A stretch of 64,000 nt of DNA from NCBI GenBank assembly GCA_964016885.1, contig OZ024740.1, forward strand, positions 196,168,001-196,232,000, read 5' to 3'. The notes under the pieces are model-generated. The model was given only the letters and a program-made list of their open reading frames with translations. It did no database searches and was not told the origin of the DNA. Position numbers and translations under genes: made by a program. Positions 31,465-44,513 of this stretch are shown here, one piece after another. The stretch comes from Eledone cirrhosa. Lineage: Eukaryota. The stretch's first letter is position 1. Each line of letters opens with the position of its first letter.

Positions 31465-31840
31465 AGATATAAAGCAATGCCTGTGCCGTAAAACTTTTAT
31501 AGTGAGCAAAGGCACTGCACAAAGCCAGTCCCACTCTCTTAACCAACATCATTGGATACCATCAGAGTTGCAGGTGTTATATCAGAGTTTTCCTTCTCCT
31601 AGAATTCTGCCTTGACAAAGACTAAGGGGTCATCTCTCCCGGTGATTTTGGATGGCCATTGACTCTTAAGAGCTCCTTTGCTCTTTGACAGGTTTTGTTT
31701 TTAGTCCTGCAAGATGTCTAAAGTCACCCTCCTTACCAAGAAACCTTGGCCGGGTTGCCAGTTTAGTTGCCAACGACCCGACCATGAGACAGGTTGTACT
31801 GGGATACATGTTACCAGTAGCACCAACTGGTGACCTGACA
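31465..31840 (-). mobile_element. RTE-type 5' leader with a structured RNA domain
   Basis: Contains aaggcag...ctaggagaaggaaaactctga, which I recognise as typical of RTE-clade 5' UTRs. Same strand as, and upstream of, the RTE RT fragment at 30738-31290. Diverged homolog at 42956-43132. Confidence 0.55.
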
Positions 31841-32042
31841 TGATATATATACACATATATATATACACACATATATACACACACACACATATATATATAT
31901 ATATACACACACACATATTTATATACACACATATATATATACACACACACATATATATATACACACATATATATACACACACACACATATACACACACCT
32001 ATATATACACATATATATATATACACATATATATACACACAC

Positions 32043-32081
<39 letters not shown>

Positions 32082-32087
32082 GACACA

Positions 32088-32130
<43 letters not shown>

Positions 32131-32133
<3 letters not shown>

Positions 32134-33605
32134 ACTTTGATAGGTTTCGGCCAGTATTGGCCCAGGCCATGTCTAACTTAATAGCACCATCTGGCGAAGT
32201 CTTACAAATCAGTGTTTGGGCACCATGGCCCACTCGAGCAGAGAGTTATTTTTTACGGAGGCATATCTGGGTGTAGGAGGCTTATCCGGGATTTCTTGAA
32301 GGAATTTATCCAAAGACTTCTTGAACTTGATGGGGTCTGTCTCTGCTTTGATGTGTTTTGGTGTAATGTTAAAGAGTGCAAGGCCAATTGAGGTGAAATA
32401 ATTGTGCCGTATTGTTGTTATGTGATGCAAGTGGGATTTTTGTCATGGGCGGATAACATGAGGCCCGAGCCTTGGGTGTACACTAAAGGTGATGCCAACA
32501 TCATTTGGACTAAGCTGATGGAATATTTTCCACATCATACAGATAATGTAGCGCTCACGGCGACGTTGATGAGAATAAAGTTTGAGCTTTTCTAATCCAC
32601 CCCAATAGTCAAGGAGAGTATGGTAGTTTCAGGGCATCCTTTTTTCGAAAGTGGATTAGTTCAAATTTATCCTCATTCAACAGCATATTATTCATCTCTG
32701 CCTATTGGATAACAGCCAGTAGGTCTGGCTAAAGGCAAGTCCGGTCACCCACCTCATTGATGACCCTTTGGAGCTTGGAATCATCTGCGAAGATTCTGAT
32801 GTTGCTGTGTTTGATGATGTCAGTAATGTCATTAATGTAGATGATGAAAAGAAGTGGGCCCAACACAGTGCCTTGTGGGACGCCACTGCCGACTTTGGCT
32901 GGGCTTGATTTTACTCCTTCGACTACAACATGCTGGGTTCTGCCTGTCAGGAAACATTTGATCCACTGTAGTAACCTTCCAGAGACACCAACATTGGATA
33001 GTTTTTCAGTAGAATCTTATGATTAACCCTGTCGAAGGGCCTTGCTGAAATCAAGGTAGATGACATCAGTGTTGGAGCCCTCTCCCAAGGCCCTCAAAAC
33101 ATCGTCAAAGTGATGCAGGAGCTGCATTAGGCAGTCCCTTCCATTACGGAACCCATGTTGGTTGGAGTTCAGCAGGCCGTTGCTTTCAAGAAAGTGGGTT
33201 ATTCGTGATCTCACCACCCTCTCAAATACCTTGATAATATGAGAGGTGAGTGAGATCGGACGTTAGTTCACTGAAAGGGACTTATTTCCCTTTTTGAAGA
33301 CTGGGACAACGGACTGGGACAGAAAGTTTTCAGGAATATAGCCAGTGTCCAGTGAGTTCCTCCACAGATTAGCAAGAGGAGTTGCAAGTTGGTGTCGACA
33401 CACTTTCAGGACACAAGCAGGGAACCTGTCGGGGCCTACTGCTGAATTGTGTTTAATTTCGTTTATTGTCGCTAAGACACCAGGGGCGCCAAACGTTATG
33501 TCTGATATAGTGTGTTGGGGGTTAATATCACTGATACGGCCCAGATCGGCCATATCAGGGTTGCTGAAAATAGAGCAATATTGTTTCTGCAGTATCTCGC
33601 CCATG
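32131..33605 (-). mobile_element. CR1-clade LINE (family B), truncated and internally deleted
   Basis: FKKGNKS...RPISLTS, QHGFR, YLDFSKA, GVPQGTVLGP, FADD; 3' end matches 15306-15688. Confidence 0.88.
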
Positions 33606-33696
33606 GTTATATAATTCAAGAAAGAAGATTGACATTGTTCGCTATACAATAAGGGCTTTATTCACATTGCTGACAATTGTTTCTTTGATCTGGCAG

Positions 33697-33750
<54 letters not shown>

Positions 33751-33783
33751 ATAGAGATCTTGATCCAACTAAGGGGTCTCTAC

Positions 33784-34037
33784 CAATACCAGATTTACCG
33801 TTGTGCTTAGGTGTACTTAAGCACAGGGCCCCGTTGGCCAGGGGATCCCATCTTCCTGTCAAAAAGTTTTTACGATGAATTTTTGAAATGTTTTTCAAAT
33901 GTCAAACGTTCAAATTTCCTAAGCATGTATGTCTGACTGTCTGTGTAGGCCTACCGGGCCTACCTCCTTCAGGGCTCAAGTAAGGAGCCTCATAACTTAA
34001 CTAGCACAGGGCCTCATTTGTCCTAAATCCGGCACTG
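33784..34037. mobile_element. hAT-like MITE
   Basis: TIRs caataccagattta / taaatccggcactg; 8-bp flanks gtctctac / gtgtctat (6/8 identical); internal gcacagggcc subterminal repeats. Confidence 0.65.
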
Positions 34038-34661
34038 GTGTCTATGTAGTCACTCAACATGTTAGAATTAGAAGTTAAATTTACCTTAAATATTGTCTTA
34101 GAAGGATTGACATCATCGATAATGTAGTCTAAGGTACACTATACTAGGAAAATATAAAAAAAGACGCGATAATCAAGGTCGGAATGCTTTCGATCATAGA
34201 GCTTCTTGTTCAAGGATAAAGGGCAATAATAAATATCTCACTTAAGCTTCTTTTTTCCTTCCACTCCTCTCAATTTGAAGTTCATTGTTTATCTTACATC
34301 CATCGAAAATTGCCACACTTTTATGTCATCCCTCGGATATACATCAATTTCCTTTCTTCGCTAATCAAACATAATACATGTGTGTTTGTTGCCACTTTTA
34401 CAGCTAAACGTTACGTTTCTCATAGATACAAGAGCACACAAACTGATGAACATAGATACCATACGCACACAGGCAAACACACAAGCATACACACATAAAC
34501 ACCTGCATTTACATCGAGTCATACGTACTGTTATTACATAAATTAGATGAGTATGCAAGCTTGAAGGTTACTTCTCATTTCCACAATAATAACTATCATT
34601 TCGTAAAACGATCCTTCAGCCAGTAATTAATTTCAGTTACTCCATGATTATATATATATAC

Positions 34662-34696
<35 letters not shown>

Positions 34697-34839
34697 TGAT
34701 CAGAGATCGGCAACGAGAAAATCGATGTAATGATTTGTGAAGTTTTAGCAGGCAATAAATTATATCGCTCTACTTTTAGTATTTAGTACTCTTTACCACT
34801 AATACATACACGACCTTACTCCCCCCCCCTCTCTCTCTC

Positions 34840-34873
<34 letters not shown>

Positions 34874-35070
34874 ATCTGAGACATCACTGTTGCTACTCCA
34901 GGTTGCGCGTCAACCGCCGCTAGTCAAGCAACTGGAGTTATTTATGTGTGTGTGTGTGTGTGTGTGTTTGCAAGAGATGTCAACATGAATGGACCTGTTA
35001 TTTTTATCTGAAGACATTTTTTCCAATTCCATCCCGCCCGTCCACTCAATCTATTTTATTTCTCATTCTT

Positions 35071-35106
35071 TCTTCTGATGAAGGACTAGCGTCCGAAACG
35101 TTAAGA
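35071..35106 (+). ncRNA. Minimal type I hammerhead ribozyme (PLE-type)
   Basis: tctt-CTGATGA-a-ggac(tagc)gtcc-GAAAC-GTT-aaga. Canonical core, 4-bp stems I and II, palindromic ACGT stem III. Confidence 0.8.
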
Positions 35107-35188
35107 CCCTCTTCCTGCTATATTAAGCGTTAACCTAATATATACCTTCCATATACTGTACCAATTGTGTTGTTATTTCTGTTTACCT

Positions 35189-35220
<32 letters not shown>

Positions 35221-35231
35221 CACACACACAC

Positions 35232-35296
<65 letters not shown>

Positions 35297-35344
35297 CGAA
35301 CAAAAAACAAATGGTGGTTTATTAAGTTCACGCTTTTGAGAGTG

Positions 35345-35407
<63 letters not shown>

Positions 35408-35453
35408 AACTTTTATTTGTACTGCCTCTCTGTTTTTGTTCCCGTCCAAGTTT

Positions 35454-35517
<64 letters not shown>

Positions 35518-35619
35518 CGATGATAATTTACATTAAATAACTGATTGATTTGTATTCCTACCATAATACATTCATATTGAATGTCTACCTCCTGGATAAT
35601 AGTTCTAGCACTATAATAT

Positions 35620-35835
35620 AATAATAATGAAATTATTGTGTACAGTGCTCAGGTGCACTATAACTCATCAAAGGTGCATGTATAGTACATAGAATAATGT
35701 ACAAATGTCAGGAAAATGAACAGTGTACGAGTCATGAAATACATGTGTGCATGTGTATGGTGGGGGGATATCACGCATAGTGTTGGCGAATCTCAAGAAG
35801 CATGGAGGTTTTAAGGATGCAGTGTCTCGACAGCT
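35620..35835 (-). mobile_element. CR1 family A 3' fragment
   Basis: tgtgtacagtgctcaggtgcac...gcagtgtctcgacagc. Confidence 0.8.
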
Positions 35836-35961
35836 ATAATAAATGAGATTAGTTGATATTTCGTCTTAAATAGGTGCGTAGGCAGGTTGTGATTCTGAGC
35901 TGCTTTGGAGACAATTTAACTTGCTTACTATAAGGGATTTTGAGAGAGGGCAAAATAGAGT

Positions 35962-36087
<126 letters not shown>

Positions 36088-36861
36088 TATATAGACTGAT
36101 CGAACGATTGCTTATCGGATGCATTGATTGATTGTCTGATTTTCTTGATGTAATCTTGTTTATGTTTTTCCTTTAAATATATTATATGTATAAGAAAAGG
36201 CGAAACACGATCTAACAAAGGAGCCATGGCTGGAACCTCTTTAATTATAGATTTGCTGGAACCTCTTTAATTATAGATTTGCTTGCTCAATGAGGGCTGA
36301 CCTTGAGCAAAATAACAAGAAAGCAACTAAAAGTATTGCAATTTTATAGTCTAATGTTCTTTATCTTTTCGCATTGTGTCCCTCAGTTTAAATGGAATAA
36401 TTTGACCACCTGCACTCACAACAACAGCAACAAGCTGAAACAATTTCGCAAGTTTAAGAATCACGCTCAGTATTAATCCCAAATCTCACGATATCATCAT
36501 AATCGTCAGCGTCAAACTACAGCAGTTATCAACATCAGCTATTTAGTAGTATCGATGATACAATTATCGTAGGATGACAACAACAACAACGATGATGATG
36601 ATGACATTTAGTGACGATAACAAGAATGACATCTACAATGATATCAACAACATCATGAAATATGCAAAACAAACATCGATACCGAAAACAAATTGCAATA
36701 ATAAGCGATGGCGATAATAGCTATAACAACAGGCTTAAATGCCTGCCGCCAAATGATAACATCAGCAGTTTAATTATATATTAATGTTGTCAAATGAATG
36801 AATGTAAAATGAACTTGTTAAAAGATAAACAAGAAAGCCTTTTGCCGTGCGAACATTTACT

Positions 36862-36902
<41 letters not shown>

Positions 36903-39483
36903 CATGCATAGACAATGATATGTAACAAAGATTAGTAAGAATGTTAAACTTACTCTGTTTCTTTTTTCTCTCTTGTTGTTCTATGCGTTCTTTCTTTCCC
37001 TTTTCCTCTCCGTTTTTCATTCATATACAAACTCTTTCTCTCTTGCTCACTCCCTCAGACACACAAACTCTTTTCTCTTCTCGCGCTCTTTCTCTTACAC
37101 ACTTCGCCACTCTCTCTTTCTCTCCCTCTCTTTGCTCTTTCTCTAATGACAATTGATCAACATTTATCCCTTCACAGTCAGGGTTCTTAGTTGGGTTTGT
37201 GAACAGACCGTCAAATGTGGTATGTCTTTCATGTGTTTTAGACGTGCGACACACTGATTCCAACAGTAATCGAGAACTAGAAATGGAAAGAAGCAAGCAA
37301 TTCCTTGCTCTCCAAATCACAGCCATTCAGCAGTGAAAAAACGTAGGCGTATCTCACTGCCTCGCTAAATAACTTGTACATACTCTCTCTCTCTCTCTCT
37401 CTCTCTGCTACTCTCTATCTATTTATCAATACCATGTCTTTCTTAACTTCTCTCTCTCTCTCTCTCTCTCTCTGCTACTCTCTATCTATTTATCAATACC
37501 ATGTCTTTCTTAACTTCTCACACACTCTCACTAAGCCCCCTCCTTCAATTGTTCCCCCGGTACTTTACTCTCTATTGTTCTCTCTCACCCGTTCCTATTT
37601 TCCGTTTGGTTATACTCTCTTCTCTCTTTCGCCTAATCATTTTATTGCTAAGATCCTCTCCAAGGAATACGTCATCTACATTAACCAGCCCAGATTGGTT
37701 ACCATTGAAAACAATTCTTAAAAAGAAAAAGCATATAGAACTAACCAAAAATCTAATACTGATCTACAAAAACATTAACATTTTTGGTTCCTTCTTACTT
37801 GATTGACCGGTGAATTAGCAGAGTCGCTAGAGCGTTGGAAAGAATACCTTGCTGTATTCGTTCCAGCGCTCTGTGCTCTCAGCTAAAATCCCGTCGAGGT
37901 CAAATATGCCTTTGATCCCTTCGGAGTCGATATATAAAGTACCAGTCCAGTACTAGGACCAGTTTATCTCCTTATTTAATTGTGTCTGTAATTCAAAGGA
38001 CCGGCCTTGTCGTATTATGTCACGCTGATTCGGCCTCCTCAGAATTACGTTATGGGTTCACGTGGCTGCAGAATGCTCAGTCGCTTACGCGTTAATTTCA
38101 CAAGAATGAATTCAGTTGGTCGAATAACTGAATGCTCATTGTCAATACCAAGAAGATAACCCACCAATTGATTTATTTTATTTTATATTATTTTTCTAGC
38201 AATTTTATCTGGAGCAAGGGTCTGGGCATATGCACTTCGTATGCCCTCCCTCCGAGGCAAGTGATATCGATTCAGTTGATATTCTTGAAAAACTCAAAAT
38301 TGACAACTGCAAAAGAACAACAAAAAAAATCATGGACAAAGAGAAACTTCCAGAGGATTGATTCTACAAAAGAAAGATATGACACATGACACAATAGTTA
38401 ATGGGGGTGGGGGCTTAGGGAGAGGGGAAATAATATTGTTTTTCCGTTTATTTTTGTTTATTACTTGTCTCACTAGCTCTTTTTTTTATTACCAACTGTA
38501 AGGAGTACTCAATTCTTCTCCTAGTCTGTCACGGCTTACTAGTTCTATACGGACGTTTAAATTGATTAAATAAATAAATAGATAAATAAATATGGGTAAC
38601 AAGTGAGTTGGATAGGTTTAGGTGTAGATGGCACAAGACCAACCAGTTTCAACATGCAGTGACCACTGCAGTAGATGTAAGAAATGTAGAATGGGGAGAT
38701 ATCCAAAATCTGTGGCTCAGTAGTCGGAGTGTGTTGGTTCTTGCTTTCTTTCTCGGTGAGCCCACAGATGGAAATGGATTGGTAGACACTTTTGATATTA
38801 TCAATTCAATAAGAAGTGGTTGGTAGGGCTGTGATATGAACACATTTCTCTTGGTCCTTTCAACATAAACAATTCATTGTATTCTCCACCCTGTTGACTG
38901 GGACCCAGAGGCAGAGAGCAAGTTAGTTGGTAGTGGTGGATACTTCTGCAACTAAAGTATATTTACATTTATACAACTGTCATTGGTTTTAGTACTATAG
39001 TGGTTTTCAATTGTGACATAACAACAAGTTGTCATTCAATAAGAAGTGGGGACAGGAGAAAGAAAAGAAACAGTTCCAGTAGTTAAGTGGAACTTTATTG
39101 ACCCCTGAAAAGATGAAAGGTAGAGTCGACATCAATTAGGTTTAGACTCAGAATGTGTTGGTGAGCAATTCTCTGTCAATCTGTTGAATGACCTGACCTT
39201 TTGTGGGGGAGACACAATCTAAGATTTTTGCATGTGTAACAGAAGTACTGTCCCACATGTGGAAGCAGTTAGTCATAATCTTGTTTCAATCTTTGAGTGA
39301 ATCCCATAACTCATTGTAAGTGCACTCTTGAAGACATCGGTGTATTTCAGACAAGCCAGCATAGTGGAGCCAATTTTTCTCCAAGCTATAATAACCACAG
39401 GTAGAGCTGAACTCAGTACTGCAATTAATAAAATACCTGTTAATTTTATACTACTGATGAACCAATGAAGAAAATGCATTCAC

Positions 39484-40150
39484 AGGGGCTCTATATGACT
39501 GCTTGGTCAGTTAGAAACAATGACCAAATCTTTATTTAATCCCATTCTATCATCTTTAAAAAATGGAAGGACAGATAAATACGAGTATTTTCCAGTATTT
39601 ATGAAGAAAAAAAATGATAGAATGAACCCAGATGGAACACTTTTGATCATAAATATGTTCAATTAGGGCTAACTTGGGGTTTACCTACAACAACAACTAC
39701 AACAGTACTGGCATTCTTTAGACAAGTGATAGGAGAGTTCATAAAAGAGTTCAACATATCTAATTGCTGGGAGGAGTAAAGAAATTAACATTCGAGGTTG
39801 TTTATGTGAGAGTGAGAGAAGAAGAGAAGAGAAATGTTGTTGCCTTGGTTGTAGATGAGTTGACTTGCAATCACTTGTCAGTTTAGACAAAAGAGTTGGG
39901 CTTATCCAGTGGTAACTAGTCATCATCTTCATAGCCACCATCAAAGAGGGCCTTTATGTGATCACTTGATCTGCTAGAAAAAACAGCCACATTTTCCTCA
40001 GATCCCACCACCACCATCATTTTAATAAAAGGAATAGCCACGTTAGCTAATATAGTCAAAGATACTCTTCAAATATAGGATGGTCATAGCTAGAATGTTT
40101 TTGAATATAGTTCTAATCAATCAGGATTGGCCTAGGGCTAAACAATACCA
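39484..40150 (+). repeat. Two copies of an old short interspersed repeat (ggggcctctatgtg...gggctaaacaac family)
   Basis: Copies at 39484-39695 and 39945-40150. Related copies at ~34040, 36225, 44232-44570 and 46240-46550. Confidence 0.6.
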
Positions 40151-40216
40151 CTACTACTATTATTATCCATCATACTCTGCTTTTCTTCTCCTTTCATCAT
40201 CATGATCATTATTTTA

Positions 40217-40835
40217 CATACCTTAAGCAAGCCACAAAATTGAAGACCATTTGCAGGATATCTTTAAATAAATGAATTGAGAGAGAGACTGAGCATAAGG
40301 GGAATCAAATGCTGTGTGCAGGAGAGGCGGTTGCGCTGGTATGGACATGTGATGCGTATGAAGGATGACAGCTGCATAAAAAGGTGCAGAGCACTAGAAG
40401 TTGATGGAAACCCAAGATGACCTGGGATGAGGTGATAAAAGCCGACCTTACCCAATTACACCTCTCAAAGGTGATGACACACGACCGTGACTTCTGGCGT
40501 CACGCAGTAATACAGAGTACCCGACCTTCCATGGGTACAAGCTGAAGCATATAGACAATATGCCCCCACACACCCCACCGCAAGGTGGTCGTGGAGGTGC
40601 CACGGCAAAAAAGCACCCAGCCCACACTGTAAAGTGGACGTGTAGGCGCCACGAAAAAGCACCCAGCACTCACTGTAAATGAGGGTGGTGTTAGGAAGGG
40701 CATCCAGCTGTAGAAATCAAGCCAAATCAGTTCCTGTATGAGCAAGGCATGGTCAGCCGACCAGACACTGCCCACAACAGGACAACCCGTCTAACCCATG
40801 CTAGCGTGGAAGAACGGACGTAAAACGGTGATGAT
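40217..40835 (+). mobile_element. Old RTE 3' fragment
   Basis: [26 protein letters not shown]...; the UTR contains the segment shared with the SINE tails. Confidence 0.8.
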
Positions 40836-41403
40836 GATTTTATTATTATTACTCCTGCCAAGGTTAGTTTTTCCCTTCATCCTTATGGAGTCAATAAATA
40901 ATGTACCAGTAATGCAGTATGGTCGATTTAATCGACATTCCCCTCCCCCAAAAATTGTTCGCCTTGTGCCTAAATCAGGAACCATTATCATTATTATTAG
41001 GGTGACCATGGCTTTTATGGGATTTTTCCACGAGTGACCCTTAGAGTCTCCTCACCTTTGGGGAATTTGTTATGTTTGTTTTTAAATGTTTATTTTCTTA
41101 GTCTCTGTTATAAATCTTATTTTACACAAAAAAAACCCACACTGTGTCATCCTGTACCATCTTCAATGTTTCCTTAATGTGAGCCCTGTGTGGTCAATAA
41201 AGAAATTATTATTATCATTATTTATTATTATTATTATTGATTTGTCCTATTGTGTAAACCCTTGTGGTTAATAAAGAAAGCATTATTACTATTATTATTA
41301 TTATTATTATTCAATAAAGAAATCATCATTATTATTATTATTCAAAATAAAATAATTTTAACGCTGATATATTAGGTGGATGGTGCTATTTGGAAGTTAA
41401 GTA

Positions 41404-41833
41404 TCTTACTACTAAACAACACAACACCACTAATGACAGTATAGAGCTTGCTACACTGCTGACTCCTTGTTTATACCCTGTCAATATAGCTATCTATGGC
41501 CTCTAGGTCATTTATCTCTCAGAAATGGCCATTTTGTGTTCCGAGAGAATAATATCTTTTTTCCTTCTCCCCACCCCTTCCCATAGAATTGCCTACTCTG
41601 TGTAGTGAGAGACAAGATGTAGACCAGTCACTGTCTGCAATGTCAGAAAGGACAGGAGACAGTATTGATATAATTAAAACATCTCCAGAAAACTCAAAAG
41701 AGCCCTCTACATGCTCAGAATTGGTGGTTGCAGATGATGTGAGGGAGGAGTAGGAGAGATCTTTTGTTTCTGGCAAGACCCCATCTTCCAATGTAGAGCC
41801 TTGCCAGTGGTGTTGTGTTGTTTATTAGTAAGA
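41404..41833. mobile_element. MITE-like element with 28-bp terminal inverted repeats
   Basis: tcttactactaaacaacacaacaccact (41404-41431) versus the reverse complement of 41806-41833, tcttactaataaacaacacaacaccact; 1 mismatch. Confidence 0.65.
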
Positions 41834-44346
41834 CATGTTAGATTTCACCTTATACTCCTCACAGCATACTAAATTATTCTACTTTGTGAATATTTTATAT
41901 TTATTGATTGCCAGTGGAAACAATCACTAAGTTCCTCAGATTTTACTCTTTCAACTCTTTAATAGTTATGGAGAGAATACAAATGAAAATGCCCAAATAG
42001 TAAAAACGGAAAAAAAAACCCTCAAAACTAACTCAAATGTGAGATACTACACCATCTTATATTCTTCTTGCACATCTGAATATCACTCAAACTACTGTTA
42101 TGAACAGGTTATCAAAGATCTAACCACAAAGTCATGACACTCTACATCAATTATGATTAAGGCTGGATTAACTATCAAGCAGTATGGATGCACCCCCCAC
42201 TCCAAACCATATCTGAATTTGAATTAAATGTATTTATCATTCAAAAAAAGATTTTTTTTTTGCTGATATGAGGTATGTGGAGTGCACCATACTCTTTTAA
42301 TTGTTCAGAGCTTCAAAAGGATTAATCCGACCTTCAATATGAGCAACATAGACCTACCTGAATGTAGGAAAGCATTATTTATTCTGCACAGATAATGAGA
42401 AAGGTAATAATAGGTGCATAGGCGTAACTAGGATATGGCAAGCATAGCATGTGCCATGGACGCCAGTTGAAGGTGGGGGTTACCACTTAGACTAGGAGCA
42501 CTTTCCATTAAAGTCAAATAAGCTATCGTCAGAGAGAGAAAAAATAAACTTCTTAGATGTATGATCTGTCTTTGATTAGCAAGGATGAGAAGCCCTAAGG
42601 TTGCAATATTAACAAATACGATTGGTATTTTTTTAGCTGATTTTATGCTTATCTGAAAGGTGGGTACAATTTCACTGCTTGCCATAGGTGCTATTTTCCA
42701 TAGTTACGTCTCAGAATAGGTTTCCTGAAACACTTACATTTGCACAAATCATCATTAGCTTCATATAACTGATCATGTGACCATTTCAGTACCACAAAAA
42801 GGTTTATCCAATACTCTAATCCTTTCATTACATTGCCAGTCTTGTGTTTCATCTGTTGAAAAATGGCATTGGTCATTATGTTGTTTCATGCTCCACACTC
42901 AGTGCTGTTAGTTTTCCCAACACTATGGTTTCCAATCATTTGATCCCAACTTATGGTCAGGCTTCTGTCTGTTACTGATACCATGTAACCCAGTACAACT
43001 TGCTGCATCATGACTAAACTGGCTCCCTCACCAGATCAGGGTCTGGCGAGGAGAGTAAATGGAACCCCGTCAGCCTGCAATTGGCTGAGCATGGTGAGTA
43101 TGGCTACATCCCTGATATGACTAAAACCAAACAGATGTTGTGGAGGTCAACCAGAGAGGGGTTCCTCCAACAGGAGTGAGAAAGTCCTGGATTGAATTCG
43201 ATTAGATTGGACTCTTTCATTAAATCATCCACTAAGATAACTTTATCCTGTTTTGGGATCTTAGTCAGTGCCTGATCTCATGTCTGATAGATGTGGTCAT
43301 TGTCTCAACTATCTGAAAGCATAGGATTGTAATTTTGTAAATAATCTTGAATAAATGCATTTAAATGCCAAGTAAATTACATTAGGATAAAATCAAAGAG
43401 AACATAAGTTAAGAGGATTTAACAACACATCAAAGGCAAACATGTGACAATTACAAATATCTGTCATGACAAAAGAATTTATTACACTTTTAGTCAGCTA
43501 AGAAAAACTCAAAATAAAGAGAAGAAAGATTAAAGCCAAAAATAATTTTATAAATTTATCTTGAAATCTTGAAGTTTATATGAACAATAAGACTATAAGT
43601 ATAAAAATGTGGCAACAGCAAAGTGTTACAGGAAATGTTAATTCAAGTGAAAATGTAGTTGGGCTGTTTTCTCATATAAACAAAGAAACCTTAAATTTGT
43701 AGTGACTCTATATTACGCCTACATTTGCACCACCAAAACAACAATACTTAATAGTATAGGTAAATGAAGTTTAAAGGTGGCATGAAATAAAATTGGAACA
43801 AATGTTCTTTCAAGCAACATTGGCAAAATTTATATTGTATAAGCAAACAATAATAGGCTGACTGAGTTCACTGTCTAAGTTACTACTCAGTTTGAAGACT
43901 AAAGTGCTGTGTGGCTAGAAAAGTCACTTTTAGAACAGTAAATATTAATCTAATACAAATTTTACATATGTTTAGTGATACACGTGTTCCTATATACAGA
44001 CTACTAAAAAAATTTATGAAAGCTTATTTACGATATAAATTTAAGAAATGTATTCAAATTTGCTTCATCATAAGAGTTATGGAATTCATGTTATCTAATT
44101 AGTTTGTGTTTTCTTATGAATCATGGGCTGAATACATGAACATTACCATGGTAGTTTTTTACCTCACTGCTATTGCTTTTAGTAGTAATTTTGTTTCAGA
44201 TGCTAGAACTATTGGCAGTTGATGTTATTTAAAGGGGCCTCTATGTGGTCATTTAACCAACTAAGAATAGAATCCAAATATCTCATAAATCACATTTTTG
44301 GAAAAGGACATTTTGAATAATGTAATGCTGGCTGGAATATTTTAAA

Positions 44347-44513
44347 CAAGGCATGGAAACCTTTTTTCGAGCAGTGGGCTGCATAGGATGTGGATTGTCA
44401 TAAAGCAGGCCGCACTACTAAAAAGAATTCAAGGCAATTTTAAAATTAGGCATGCCATTCAGAAAGCCAAACAGGTGACATGTGGCTTGCAGGCTACAGT
44501 TTGCCTATGATTG
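44347..44513. mobile_element. Degraded hAT-like MITE nested in an old repeat
   Basis: Ends caaggcatggaaac... and ...gtttgcctatgattg; it interrupts the 44232-44570 repeat. Confidence 0.45.

Noticed and set aside
37021-37370. Possible exon or 5' UTR of a second gene (CT-rich tract, 101-aa minus ORF)
   Set aside because: No recognisable protein motif or consistent splice partners.
39454-39485. CTGATGA...GAAAATGCATTC possible hammerhead
   Set aside because: No stem II and no stem I pairing.
42428-42876. Two short minus-strand ORFs, possibly a decayed non-LTR endonuclease region
   Set aside because: Too degenerate to assign by eye.
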